Of a stretch of DNA of 64,000 bases, positions 1-8,941 are shown piece by piece. Position 1 is the stretch's first letter; every line of letters begins with the position of its first letter. Source of the DNA: a virus; IMG/VR virus record IMGVR_UViG_3300030329_005426, positions 1 through 64,000 of that record. One strand, written 5' to 3'. The notes below the pieces were generated by a model that did no database searches, was not told the DNA's origin, and saw only the letters and a list, made by a program, of their open reading frames with translations. The position numbers and the translations under genes are program-made.

Positions 1-228
1 ATCCTTATTCTCTGACGTAGGTGCCTGTTGATGTACAATACAATAATGGTCTGAAGGAACATCTATTTCATCAACAGGTAATGGTCCTAGTCCTTTTTTC
101 ATATGTTCGATGTGCATTGTATGCTTGTCTATGTAGCAATATGAATAAGAGTGTGTTCCTCTATACTCATTTAGCTTTGCAAGCTCAAGGATCTTATCTG
201 TATAATACGACCCAGAGATACTACACAT
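1..228 (-). CDS. Class II (Ntn) glutamine amidotransferase, Gat-like partner of QueC (truncated by window edge; not in ORF track)
   Basis: Manual translation MCSISGSYYTDKILELAKLNEYRGTHSYS...HYCIVHQQAPT: Cys2 nucleophile, NxxRG and HxxAPT motifs. ATG overlaps the 3' end of queC. Confidence 0.8.
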   Translation of the reverse strand, partial: MCSISGSYYTDKILELAKLNEYRGTHSYSYCYIDKHTMHIEHMKKGLGPLPVDEIDVPSDHYCIVHQQAPTSENKD

Positions 229-973
229 CTATTAATTTATCCCAATCAATATCAATTGAATATGGAATAGGATCTGGAACTCCTACCTTTGCAAAATTTG
301 CAATACGTTCCGCACAAGAAGGACATTTACCACATGACTGTCCTTCCTTATTTGGATCGTAACACGTAAGTGTATGTTGTAACAAATCGAACTGTCCTAA
401 TTCTCTAGCTATAAAAATTTCTTCTGCTTTAGATAGAAGAGAAAACGGCGCTGCAATTTCCACTTTATGTGTTCGATTTTGGACGGCTACTGCATTCATA
501 CTATCAACAAATCGTTGTGATGTATCCCAATAACCATATTCATCGTGCACCTGTAATCCACAAAAGACTACAGATGCACTAGAGGCCTCAGCCTGAGACA
601 AGGTGAGAGAGAGGAGTATCATGTTCCTGAAAGGAACATAAGTCTTAGGCTGAGGGTCCCCTAGTACCTCTTTAATAGTAGGCATATCAATATCAGTGCC
701 TGCTACGTTTGCGCTAATAGGTTTAGCTATTTCTCCAAGGATAGCTAAGTCTAAAACTTTGTGACCAATACCCAAAATACTTGTAAGCTCGGCGGCTTTT
801 TCAAGTTCAATGCGTTGCTTCTGCCCATAATCATATGAGAGTGCTACAACATTTTCTGGGCCGTATCTATGCGTTAAAAGCATAGTAATAATCGACGAAT
901 CAAGACCACCTGATAAGACGGATAATACCTTATCTGCTTCAGGCAGCTGCTTTAATGCTTCCGCTAAATTCAT
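221..973 (-). CDS. queC: 7-cyano-7-deazaguanine (preQ0) synthase QueC
   Basis: SGGLDS PP-loop, YDYGQ, YVPFRN and the C-terminal Zn motif CY...CGKCPSC. Start moved to ATG at 973. Confidence 0.95.
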   Translation of the reverse strand: MNLAEALKQLPEADKVLSVLSGGLDSSIITMLLTHRYGPENVVALSYDYGQKQRIELEKAAELTSILGIGHKVLDLAILGEIAKPISANVAGTDIDMPTIKEVLGDPQPKTYVPFRNMILLSLTLSQAEASSASVVFCGLQVHDEYGYWDTSQRFVDSMNAVAVQNRTHKVEIAAPFSLLSKAEEIFIARELGQFDLLQHTLTCYDPNKEGQSCGKCPSCAERIANFAKVGVPDPIPYSIDIDWDKLIDV

Positions 974-1310
974 TAATTCTTTCCCCACATTCGGCGCAGC
1001 GGGTTTTAAGATCAAGAATATTATGATCTACATTTAACTGGCCTTCATAATTGTAATCATTATCGATAGATTCACATACAATTCTATCAATAGGACTTTT
1101 ATGGTTATAGCCGCGAGCAATCATCTCTGCAACCAACTCTTCATGTCTTTCATAAACATAGCGAGGGTCTAGCTGGCCATAATCAATATATGTCTGAAGT
1201 CGGGTTCCCTTACGATGAGACCCTACAAACATATGTAATTCTACATGTTCACCAAGAAGGTGTTTACGACACAAAAACTTAGGTGGTACTTTCCACATTC
1301 GCATCTGCAA
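939..1310 (-). CDS. denV: Pyrimidine-dimer DNA glycosylase / endonuclease V family protein
   Basis: MRMW-x3-P-x2-LCRKHLLGEHVELH and RHEELVAEMIARGYNH signatures. Confidence 0.8.
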   Translation of the reverse strand: MQMRMWKVPPKFLCRKHLLGEHVELHMFVGSHRKGTRLQTYIDYGQLDPRYVYERHEELVAEMIARGYNHKSPIDRIVCESIDNDYNYEGQLNVDHNILDLKTRCAECGERINEFSGSIKAAA

Positions 1311-1545
1311 TTTCCTCTCTCAATTTTTTAACTTCACGCATTAAATACCAGCCGGCCTTTTCAAGATCTTCAATCTCTTTAGCGAGATCTTCATAACCCT
1401 TTTCATTCTTCCTACCGGCACGCAATACATACTTAATTACATTACCTCGATGGAAATTAAGATCGAAGAATTCGACGATATCAATTACCTCGTAACCCTT
1501 CTTACCCTTATAATGATCAGGATGATTAACTTTATCGGCTGCCAT
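1279..1545 (-). CDS. DUF3310 protein (T7 gp1.7-like nucleotide kinase family)
   Basis: VNHPDHY, EVIDI, GNVIKYVLRAGRK and EDLEKAGWYL motifs. Confidence 0.85.
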   Translation of the reverse strand: MAADKVNHPDHYKGKKGYEVIDIVEFFDLNFHRGNVIKYVLRAGRKNEKGYEDLAKEIEDLEKAGWYLMREVKKLREEIADANVESTT

Positions 1546-2347
1546 GTACGATACTCCTAAATGCTTCTACATTATAATATAACATATCCATGTCTATTTG
1601 GTCAACACTTAAATGGAATGTTGAATCAAACACAGGCTTCGGCTTTACCAAAGGCCCCTCATTAGTGTACTTAGTTCCTTCAAGAGCAGCCATAACTGGA
1701 TTAGATGTGTCAATACTATAAATCCAATTATACTTTTGATATTCTATAAATTCTCTAGGTTGCCATGTACCTAGCAAGTGATGTAGACGATTTTTATCAA
1801 GCGCACATTCATAATCCATCTTATGGAGAAGGTTTATGCGTTCTTCGGCTTGGATTGTAGGATCTTTTTCTGCCCATTTAAAAACAAATGGAATACCTAA
1901 CATGTAGATATCAAGCTCTGCTTCGCCACGATAGTCTCTAAACTCAGCGTAACACTCTATTAGTTCTCGATCTGTACTACCTTGTGCAACAGCCATACCA
2001 TAATTAGAACACTCAGGGTACTTATCTAGATATTCAAATGTGCGATCGAGAGTTGCGTTTTTATCACCGAGAACATCTGGGAGAATGACGACATCAGGTC
2101 GGAGGCGTTGGCAATAATCGTATAGAATATCATTATCCAGAGAAGCGCCCAACTCGTAGCAAGAATTATCCAAATAGACAACACCACCCGCATCTCGATA
2201 GTCATAGGCCAGTTTTGCATAATCATCATCCTCCATAAGTTTATGCAGCAGAACGAACATATAATCATTAACCGCATCTTGGTGTTCTGCGATCATAGAC
2301 TTTGGAATTTCGTGAGATATCAATGGAACCATAATCAAATCCTTCAC
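1532..2347 (-). CDS. dpdA: TGT-fold DNA guanine transglycosylase, DpdA/DpdA2-like
   Basis: TGT-like motif order YLDNS(C)YELG, ILPDV, AVAQG, LGIP, HHLLG, SIDTSNP, inside the fol/que cluster. Probable ATG at 2332. Confidence 0.75.
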   Translation of the reverse strand: MKDLIMVPLISHEIPKSMIAEHQDAVNDYMFVLLHKLMEDDDYAKLAYDYRDAGGVVYLDNSCYELGASLDNDILYDYCQRLRPDVVILPDVLGDKNATLDRTFEYLDKYPECSNYGMAVAQGSTDRELIECYAEFRDYRGEAELDIYMLGIPFVFKWAEKDPTIQAEERINLLHKMDYECALDKNRLHHLLGTWQPREFIEYQKYNWIYSIDTSNPVMAALEGTKYTNEGPLVKPKPVFDSTFHLSVDQIDMDMLYYNVEAFRSIVHGSR

Positions 2348-2751
2348 TAACGTTTATCTAATTCTCCTTTTAGAGAATCAATGAATTCTGTATGCGCTTT
2401 CGGTGTATTCTTATACTGAAAACCGTATTTGCGCTTAGACAAATCCTTATATACCTTTTGCAGATTAGACGTAGAAATTTTAGAGAGATCGCCCGCAGTA
2501 TCTTTAGTGCTGCTATACTTATTTTTATTATTTTCGATCTCAGCAACAGCATTAGCGAATTTATCACGATTATCGCCTTTATAAGCGACACCAGTCATTT
2601 TTAACCAATTATGCACACGCCAATAATTATAGACATTCCGTTCCTTATTTAAAAATTTAAGAACGAAAGCAATCTTTTTATCGACATCCTTAACCGTACG
2701 CGCATCAGTACGTACGATTTGCCAATCTATGTTAAATTTGTTGACTCTCAT
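2347..2751 (-). CDS. Hypothetical basic protein
   Basis: 134 aa Lys-rich ORF tightly coupled to its neighbours. Confidence 0.6.
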   Translation of the reverse strand: MRVNKFNIDWQIVRTDARTVKDVDKKIAFVLKFLNKERNVYNYWRVHNWLKMTGVAYKGDNRDKFANAVAEIENNKNKYSSTKDTAGDLSKISTSNLQKVYKDLSKRKYGFQYKNTPKAHTEFIDSLKGELDKR

Positions 2752-3118
2752 ATTTCTCCTGCCTATGACTATTTATCATAGCGAATACGCGCTGTATCTC
2801 ATCATAATCCCAGACACGCATTTCTGTAATACCAGAAAGCTGATCCTTCTCATACCAATTATGAAACCAGCGCTCACTACCTTTTATATTATCCATTATT
2901 TTTGATTCTAAGGCAAGAGCTTCTTCTTCATTTTCACACCAAATTGATGTCATGACTTTAATATCAGGAAAAGCGCCGACAATAGGAAAAGGCTCATCGT
3001 ATCCTGTGTACGTGAGCCTTGCCATTGCATCTGCAGATTTCGTAATGCCTACTTTATATACACAAGTAGGCTTTACGTTTTTGCGCTTTAACTTAGCGAG
3101 ATATACTTTATATCTCAT
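2732..3118 (-). CDS. GIY-YIG superfamily (T5orf172/MUG113-like) nuclease-domain protein
   Basis: VY...YKVGIT...ARL...ALESKI...GITE pattern. Confidence 0.55.
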   Translation of the reverse strand: MRYKVYLAKLKRKNVKPTCVYKVGITKSADAMARLTYTGYDEPFPIVGAFPDIKVMTSIWCENEEEALALESKIMDNIKGSERWFHNWYEKDQLSGITEMRVWDYDEIQRVFAMINSHRQEKYESQQI

Positions 3119-3330
3119 ACTTTCATACCTTCTCCCGAAAGGACATAATTCGTTGCGAATTTGTCAATATCAGAAGGCTTAAACATGCGCTCCAATTTCA
3201 ATAGAGCAAGAGTCTTGGTTTCAGCCTTAGCATGTGAAACCTTAATGAGCTCTTCCATAGCCGTTTTCTTAACGGCAGGATTTTTGATCTCATAGATCTT
3301 CTGAAGCTCAGTAGTCAAATCTTTAGCCAT
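3115..3330 (-). CDS. Hypothetical protein
   Basis: GGAG RBS, overlapping start/stop with neighbours. Confidence 0.65.
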   Translation of the reverse strand: MAKDLTTELQKIYEIKNPAVKKTAMEELIKVSHAKAETKTLALLKLERMFKPSDIDKFATNYVLSGEGMKV

Positions 3331-3646
3331 TTAACGCAACTCCTTGTTCCTCGGCCGCAAGCTCAATAAACTTCCTAACAATTGGCTCAACGACTCTTTC
3401 CGCAATCTCAAAATGGCCCTGCGTATCGAAAGGATAGCCGATTTCATATGCACTTACACCGAGAAGCTTCAGCTCCCGACCACGGTTCATCAAACCGTTA
3501 TTAAAGATGTCATGAACGATATTTTGACATCTCCGATATCGATCAAGATGCTTATTCTTCGTGTGCTTCAGTTCACACTCGCCTTGGAACGGAATCTTCT
3601 CGTTGAGCTGATTCACAGCGTCTTCCAAATCATTACAAACCCACAT
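3323..3646 (-). CDS. Hypothetical protein
   Basis: TAATG coupling to the upstream ORF. Confidence 0.65.
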   Translation of the reverse strand: MWVCNDLEDAVNQLNEKIPFQGECELKHTKNKHLDRYRRCQNIVHDIFNNGLMNRGRELKLLGVSAYEIGYPFDTQGHFEIAERVVEPIVRKFIELAAEEQGVALNG

Positions 3647-3852
3647 TATAAAGTCTCCTCAATTTTATCTGCTAACTCATCAAAGGTTGTAACATACTCT
3701 TCACCCGGAAACCAGATGCTCATCGTAGGATAGACATCTGCATCAACGAAGTCCCAGTTAATAGAACCATCATCATTGCGGTTTTCAGGCTTTTCCACAG
3801 CGTCTTCCATCTCAGCTGCAAAAATACATTTCGCCATCAGGGAATTTGCCAT
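3646..3852 (-). CDS. Small acidic hypothetical protein
   Basis: GGAGG RBS, TAATG coupling, GSINWDFVDADVY motif. Confidence 0.65.
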   Translation of the reverse strand: MANSLMAKCIFAAEMEDAVEKPENRNDDGSINWDFVDADVYPTMSIWFPGEEYVTTFDELADKIEETL

Positions 3853-4268
3853 TAGTGCACCTCCCCATACTTAGTCTCGAACGAGACAGTGAAGGGCTTA
3901 AAGACCTCCTTCATGTCATAGCTGAGCCCGAGGCAGTAGCAGATGTAACCGGCATCATACTCACTGTCCAGACGCTCTGACAGAAGAATCCAACGAATCG
4001 CATCGTCGCGGCTAGGAGCACCGAGAGCGAGATTGTCGCTAACCATGCTTTCAAACCTGTCGAGAGCTGCCTTCTCAGCGGCTTTCTCAGCAGCAATGGC
4101 TTCATCGCATGCATCTGCAATACGATCAGCTTCGCGCTCGAGCTGCTCACGGCTCATTTGCGCAAAGTCATAATGACGTCCCTTAACGCCATATGCGGTC
4201 TTGTGCTCTTCATAAATGAAGATTTCAAGATCCTTACGGGGGATGTCTTTCAATTCAACGGTGGTCAT
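3852..4268 (-). CDS. Hypothetical early protein
   Basis: AAGGAG RBS before ATG at 4268, directly downstream of a sigma70 promoter. Confidence 0.7.
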   Translation of the reverse strand: MTTVELKDIPRKDLEIFIYEEHKTAYGVKGRHYDFAQMSREQLEREADRIADACDEAIAAEKAAEKAALDRFESMVSDNLALGAPSRDDAIRWILLSERLDSEYDAGYICYCLGLSYDMKEVFKPFTVSFETKYGEVH

Positions 4269-4293
4269 TTCGATCTCCTTATCTCTCATCTTA

Positions 4294-4370
4294 ATTATAA
4301 TAATAAAGCAAAACGAGAAATAAGTCAACCCGGTTTTTTGAAAAAAACGCTTTTTTTTGCATTTTTTTAT
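4294..4370 (-). promoter_or_regulatory. Sigma70-type early promoter with upstream phased A-tracts
   Basis: TTGACT (4328-4323), 17 nt spacer, TATTAT then TATAAT. A/T runs spaced about 10 bp apart at 4334-4368. Confidence 0.75.
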
Positions 4371-4377
4371 GTAATGA

Positions 4378-5055
4378 TTACATAGACTTACAGCATGCTA
4401 GAAATTCATTGCGAATTTGGCCGTATTCTGCGAACTCGCCGCCGGCGGATAATGTGACGGTTGAGCTCCCGGTATCCTGAACACCGCGCGATTTTACGCA
4501 ATAATGCACTGCTTCCATCTGGACTGCCACATCAGGGGTCTCTGTGATAAAGGCTATAGCCTCCTTGATTTGCTCGGTAAGCCTTTCCTGGACCTGAGGT
4601 CGCTTAGCGAAAAATTCCACGATGCGGTTGAGTTTACTGAGCCCCAGAACTTTATCTCGCGGAATATAAGCCACATTAGCCACGCCGTCAATAACAACAA
4701 AATGATGTTCACAATTAGACTGGACATTTATGTTCCTTTCTAAGACGAACGTACCTTTGTAATTCATCTTATTCTCGATTGTGGTACATTTAGGAAATGA
4801 ATCATAATCCAGGCCCCAGAATATTTCGTTAACGTACATCTGCGCTACGCGATTCGGGGTATCCATCAAAGAATCATCGGTCATATCTAATCCGAGCGTT
4901 TCCATAATTTCCTGAAAATGCCCTTTGATTTTAAGAATCTTTTCTTCGCTGTCTAAATTGACTCCGGCTGTCAGTGGTGTTTCTAATCCCACTTCAACTA
5001 AGTGATTATGGACCCTTTGGCCCAACTCTGCATTCTTTTTTCTATCTGCGTACAT
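4378..5055 (-). CDS. folE: GTP cyclohydrolase I
   Basis: DTPNRVA, CEHHF, GLSKLNRIV, RPQVQERLT and HYCVKSRG motifs. GGAG RBS before ATG at 5055. Confidence 0.97.
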   Translation of the reverse strand: MYADRKKNAELGQRVHNHLVEVGLETPLTAGVNLDSEEKILKIKGHFQEIMETLGLDMTDDSLMDTPNRVAQMYVNEIFWGLDYDSFPKCTTIENKMNYKGTFVLERNINVQSNCEHHFVVIDGVANVAYIPRDKVLGLSKLNRIVEFFAKRPQVQERLTEQIKEAIAFITETPDVAVQMEAVHYCVKSRGVQDTGSSTVTLSAGGEFAEYGQIRNEFLACCKSM

Positions 5056-5063
5056 ACCTTCTC

Positions 5064-5867
5064 CTATTTCCAAGGTGGACCTAAATTCCACATAACAATT
5101 GAATATCGCACACCTTCAGTAACTGGTGTGACTTGATGATATAAAAACGATGGGAAGATAATGATACTGCCTCTCGTATCAAGCTCTTTAGCTTCCCAAT
5201 ATCTTTCACCTGCGAAATGAGGCCCCCTGTCAATCTTAAAAGCACCACCTTTAAATGTATCATCGGGTGTTAGATTGACAGAAATACTTAGCTTACGGAT
5301 TTTACCATCATACTCTCTATATGAAGTATAAGGCGGACTTAAAATTTTGTCACCAAAATTATTTAATATGTATTCCCCTTTTTCGTTTTTTCGAAAGACG
5401 TCGCCGTGCTTTTCTGGATCATATGTTTTATATGGTTCTACTGCATCATCACGATGCCAACCGTAAAACTGGTTAGGTGCATATTTAGTAAATTGAATGG
5501 TTTCACTAAAATCTATATCAAAATTCCAATCAGAATCTTCATTGGCTTTTTGTAGATAGCCATGAAGTAAATCATATACCCATTGATCATTTATCCATGA
5601 TACATGAGAGTCACGTTGAAATACATTATCTTGATCTACACCCTCTGCAGCTAATTGCTGATAATCTTTATCTACAGCAGCGACAGATCTTTCTACTCCC
5701 GCTTCATTAACTTTTGATCGATCTCCACCTGCCTGTGCTGATATCCCAGCTTCACCATGTTCAGTAAAATTTGCCTCTAAGCCTTGGAGACCTAGATCCA
5801 TTATATCATCACACTGTTTATCTGTCAATGCAGATTGAAAATACCAATAATAATGACCTTGAATCAT
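5064..5867 (-). CDS. 2OG-Fe(II) oxygenase (prolyl-4-hydroxylase-like)
   Basis: WHRD facial triad, RKLSISVNL, IIFPSF.YHQVTPVT.GVRYSIV.W. Confidence 0.9.
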   Translation of the reverse strand: MIQGHYYWYFQSALTDKQCDDIMDLGLQGLEANFTEHGEAGISAQAGGDRSKVNEAGVERSVAAVDKDYQQLAAEGVDQDNVFQRDSHVSWINDQWVYDLLHGYLQKANEDSDWNFDIDFSETIQFTKYAPNQFYGWHRDDAVEPYKTYDPEKHGDVFRKNEKGEYILNNFGDKILSPPYTSYREYDGKIRKLSISVNLTPDDTFKGGAFKIDRGPHFAGERYWEAKELDTRGSIIIFPSFLYHQVTPVTEGVRYSIVMWNLGPPWK

Positions 5868-6763
5868 ACGCCGATCAAATTCCCCCACAAATAAGTATGT
5901 ACTCTTGATGCTACGCAATAACCTCTTTCAAAAGCCATCTTAGCAACGTCCCCATCAACTAACTTTTGGCCTTCTACAGTAGCACCAACTGGCATAATCC
6001 AAACAGGGTAATTAACACCAGCGTCACGAAAAGCCAGAACTGCGGATTCCAATTCATCCCACGCCTCCTTATGTGGTGTCATGACAAATTTTAATTGGCC
6101 TTTACCGTTCGACAAACGATAATAGTCTTTAACAATATCTGGCTTAATGGCCTTTTCAGGCTTCTCACCTGACACGTGCCAAAGCTTGGGGCTTATGCTA
6201 AAGAACAATTCGCCGTCATACATTCCTTTATTACTATAAAATTCTTTAAAGCCATCTGTTAGTTTTTGTGTCCCATTTGTTTCATATGTAACACTTGCCG
6301 GTACATCACTATTCCATCGAAACACTTTCATCACTTCGACGGAGCACTCTTGGCCATGCTTCATTAGTGGCTCACCACCTGTATAGCACATATGTTGACG
6401 ATACCCGTTAGGATGTTGAAATAATCCTTCAGGATTGTGCTCGTTCTTCATTGAGTCACTAATACGATGAGCTATTTCTTCTGGTGTTCCTTTTCGTTGG
6501 AGTCCTTTAAACTTTTTAGCCCATGAATACGAACTGTCACATCCATATTCGAATACTGGTAGCTCTTCCATTGCATTGTATTGGCTGACATCGATATCTT
6601 TGTATGGTAACTTGTACGTAGATTCATCAGTCGGATCCTCCTGCCCAAAACCATTGCATTGCAAATTACACATAAAGAACCTCAGCCAAGCCGTAGGAAC
6701 TCCGGTGTAGTGCCCTTCACCTTGAACCGAGTAAAAGATCTCACTGTAGTGATAGTCTTTCAA
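5864..6763 (-). CDS. queE: 7-carboxy-7-deazaguanine synthase (radical SAM)
   Basis: YSEIFYSVQGEG, CNLQC...CDS, TGGEP, ETNGT, SPKL and RVHTYLWG motifs. Confidence 0.93.
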   Translation of the reverse strand: MKDYHYSEIFYSVQGEGHYTGVPTAWLRFFMCNLQCNGFGQEDPTDESTYKLPYKDIDVSQYNAMEELPVFEYGCDSSYSWAKKFKGLQRKGTPEEIAHRISDSMKNEHNPEGLFQHPNGYRQHMCYTGGEPLMKHGQECSVEVMKVFRWNSDVPASVTYETNGTQKLTDGFKEFYSNKGMYDGELFFSISPKLWHVSGEKPEKAIKPDIVKDYYRLSNGKGQLKFVMTPHKEAWDELESAVLAFRDAGVNYPVWIMPVGATVEGQKLVDGDVAKMAFERGYCVASRVHTYLWGNLIGV

Positions 6764-6927
6764 AGCGACTCCCTCAATTGCTTAATACGAAACTCCAACA
6801 TCGATATCGTTGTATAGATATGTCCCGTATCGGTTTCCTTTACCAAAGTACGCAAGTGCTCTACTTCGCGTACTAAATGTTCCATATGCGCTAATAGGAA
6901 CCCCCTGTCCTCCCAAACACTACTCAT
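6760..6927 (-). CDS. Small hypothetical protein
   Basis: ETDTGHIYTTIS motif, coupled to both neighbours. Confidence 0.55.
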   Translation of the reverse strand: MSSVWEDRGFLLAHMEHLVREVEHLRTLVKETDTGHIYTTISMLEFRIKQLRESL

Positions 6928-7048
6928 TGAGTAGCATCCTTGAATCGGGTTCAAAAGCTTCTTTTAAAGCACCACAAACAGGGCATTCATCTGGTGCTTC
7001 TTTACCCTCATGCTCATAACCGCAATCCTCGCAAATCCATTTAGTCAT
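6920..7048 (-). CDS. Stand-alone rubredoxin-like protein, 42 aa (not in ORF track)
   Basis: MTKWICEDCGYEHEGKEAPDECPVCGALKEAFE..., matching the rubrerythrin-type rubredoxin pattern WxCxxCGY...APxxCPxCG. Confidence 0.8.
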   Translation of the reverse strand: MTKWICEDCGYEHEGKEAPDECPVCGALKEAFEPDSRMLLNE

Positions 7049-7514
7049 CAAATTCTCCGTCATCTCTATGACCGACTTTCATTGCCATATTACTATCGGT
7101 TTCGCGAACTTCAACCTTAGAACACCAAATACGATCTTGCTCTCCATAATCTTTCAAGAAAATCGTATTAACATATTCGTAAAGGAATGTTGCTAGACCT
7201 TCGCAGCCAGTCTTCTCAACTTCAGTAATCTTAGCTAATCCTAGCTCTCCGAGTTTCAATAGATGTTCTCGGTCTGGATCATCTTCAGCAACGAGCAAGG
7301 TATGATCAAACCAATCTTCGAGCAATTGCTTTAAGGGCCGAAGACCCCCAAAATCCATAACCCAGTTACGAGCATCAAGCGTCTCAGCCTCAAACTCAAA
7401 ATGAAACGATAGCGCATAGCCATGAATCATATTACAGTGTGAATCAGCTCGCCATTGCCTATATGCAACAGGTCCAAGATGGCGATATGTCTTGGTTGAA
7501 ATATATTTGCTCAT
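7041..7514 (-). CDS. queD: 6-carboxy-5,6,7,8-tetrahydropterin synthase
   Basis: HCNMIHGY, WVMDFG, FDHTLL and EVRET T-fold motifs. Confidence 0.92.
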   Translation of the reverse strand: MSKYISTKTYRHLGPVAYRQWRADSHCNMIHGYALSFHFEFEAETLDARNWVMDFGGLRPLKQLLEDWFDHTLLVAEDDPDREHLLKLGELGLAKITEVEKTGCEGLATFLYEYVNTIFLKDYGEQDRIWCSKVEVRETDSNMAMKVGHRDDGEFDD

Positions 7515-7515
7515 A

Positions 7516-8040
7516 TTAATTTCCTCGCTTTAAAATCCGTAAAGCTTTCTTTTGCTTACGGCGGGCCGAATCAAGATGAATCCTATTTGCCCGCTTGGTA
7601 AAAACAATACCGTCAAGGTGATCATACTCATGTTGGAATATCTTAGCTGTCATGCCTTGAAAAACCATTGTATCTATATCTCCATCCCATGTTTGAAATC
7701 GGGTCCGAATACCATCGGCTCTTTTAATTTTAACAAAGAGATGTGGGAAGCTCAAACAACCTTCTTTATTATAAGACATGTTTGAATCAAAGTCAACAAT
7801 TTTCGGATTAAAAACACCAATACCTGATTCCCGGTTTCCAGGATCACCCATAACAAATACAGCATATGGTAATCCTACCTGTGGTGCAGATAGACCAATA
7901 CCCTTATTCTCACACATAAAATCTAGCATCTCATTAAAGAGTTTTTCCGGATCAACTGGTGGATTCGAAAAATCAAATGGCTGTGCCGGTGTTTTTAATA
8001 TTTCTGATTTGCTGTCTACTAATTCCATTTTCAATCTCAT
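7516..8040 (-). CDS. def: Peptide deformylase
   Basis: GIGLSAPQVG, EGCLS and QHEYDHLDG motifs. Confidence 0.97.
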   Translation of the reverse strand: MRLKMELVDSKSEILKTPAQPFDFSNPPVDPEKLFNEMLDFMCENKGIGLSAPQVGLPYAVFVMGDPGNRESGIGVFNPKIVDFDSNMSYNKEGCLSFPHLFVKIKRADGIRTRFQTWDGDIDTMVFQGMTAKIFQHEYDHLDGIVFTKRANRIHLDSARRKQKKALRILKRGN

Positions 8041-8941
8041 ACTCTCTCACTGTTCGTTCAATACCGCGACGTAAATTATATTGAGGTTCAAATTCTAATT
8101 TTTTTAAACGAGATACATCAAGAAGTTTTTGTTGCATACCGTCTGGTTTTTTAGTATTAAAATGAAACTTGCCTTCCCAACCAACTATATCTGCTATCAA
8201 TGTTGCCAGGTCAAGGATGGTTAAATCTTCACCTGATCCAATATTTAGTGGCATTTCACCGCTATATTTTTTAAAGGCTAATATACAAGCATCCGCGCAA
8301 TCATCAACATGTAAAAATTCTCTGCGTGGATTACCTGTACCCCACAAAATAACTTCACCTAAGTTATGTTCTCTCGCATGAATAATCTTTTTAATTAATG
8401 ATGCCATTACATGACCAGATTCAGACCAATCGTCATTAGGGCCATATAAATTACAAGGCAATACACTAATGAAATTATATTCATATTCTCTTTTATAATA
8501 TTCACACAGTTTCATTCCTACTACCTTACCTAATGCGTATCCTTCATTAGTAGGTTCGAAAGGCCCTGTTAATATCATATCCTCTGACATTGGTTGTGTG
8601 CAATATGCAGGATACACACACGATGATCCAATATATATTAATTTTTTAACTTTATATGCAGCAGCTGCGGTAATAACATTTATTGCCATTAAAACATTTT
8701 CACCTAAGAACTCTACTGGATATTGAATATTTTCTCCAATACCACCTACACGAGCTCCTACGTGAAAAACAACCTCAGGGCGAAATGTTGAAAACCACTC
8801 CTGTACATCACCCGCATTACATAAGTCTACTTCTGCTGATGAAGCACCTAACAACTCGTAGTTGTATTTTGTATCATTCTTTAGCGCCCTAACTATAGCA
8901 GAGCCTACCATACCAGAATGACCAAATATTGCTATTTTCAT
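7973..8941 (-). CDS. fcl: GDP-L-fucose/colitose synthase (epimerase-reductase, Fcl/ColC)
   Basis: GHSGMVGSA, ARVGGI, GSSCVYP, EPTNEGYA, PCNLYGPND and REFLHVDD motifs. Confidence 0.92.
   Translation of the reverse strand: MKIAIFGHSGMVGSAIVRALKNDTKYNYELLGASSAEVDLCNAGDVQEWFSTFRPEVVFHVGARVGGIGENIQYPVEFLGENVLMAINVITAAAAYKVKKLIYIGSSCVYPAYCTQPMSEDMILTGPFEPTNEGYALGKVVGMKLCEYYKREYEYNFISVLPCNLYGPNDDWSESGHVMASLIKKIIHAREHNLGEVILWGTGNPRREFLHVDDCADACILAFKKYSGEMPLNIGSGEDLTILDLATLIADIVGWEGKFHFNTKKPDGMQQKLLDVSRLKKLEFEPQYNLRRGIERTVREYEIENGISRQQIRNIKNTGTAI

Noticed and set aside
1-7514. tRNA queuosine auxiliary metabolic pathway
   Set aside because: No queF, queA or tRNA-type TGT in the window; the DpdA-like gene and phage context favour DNA modification
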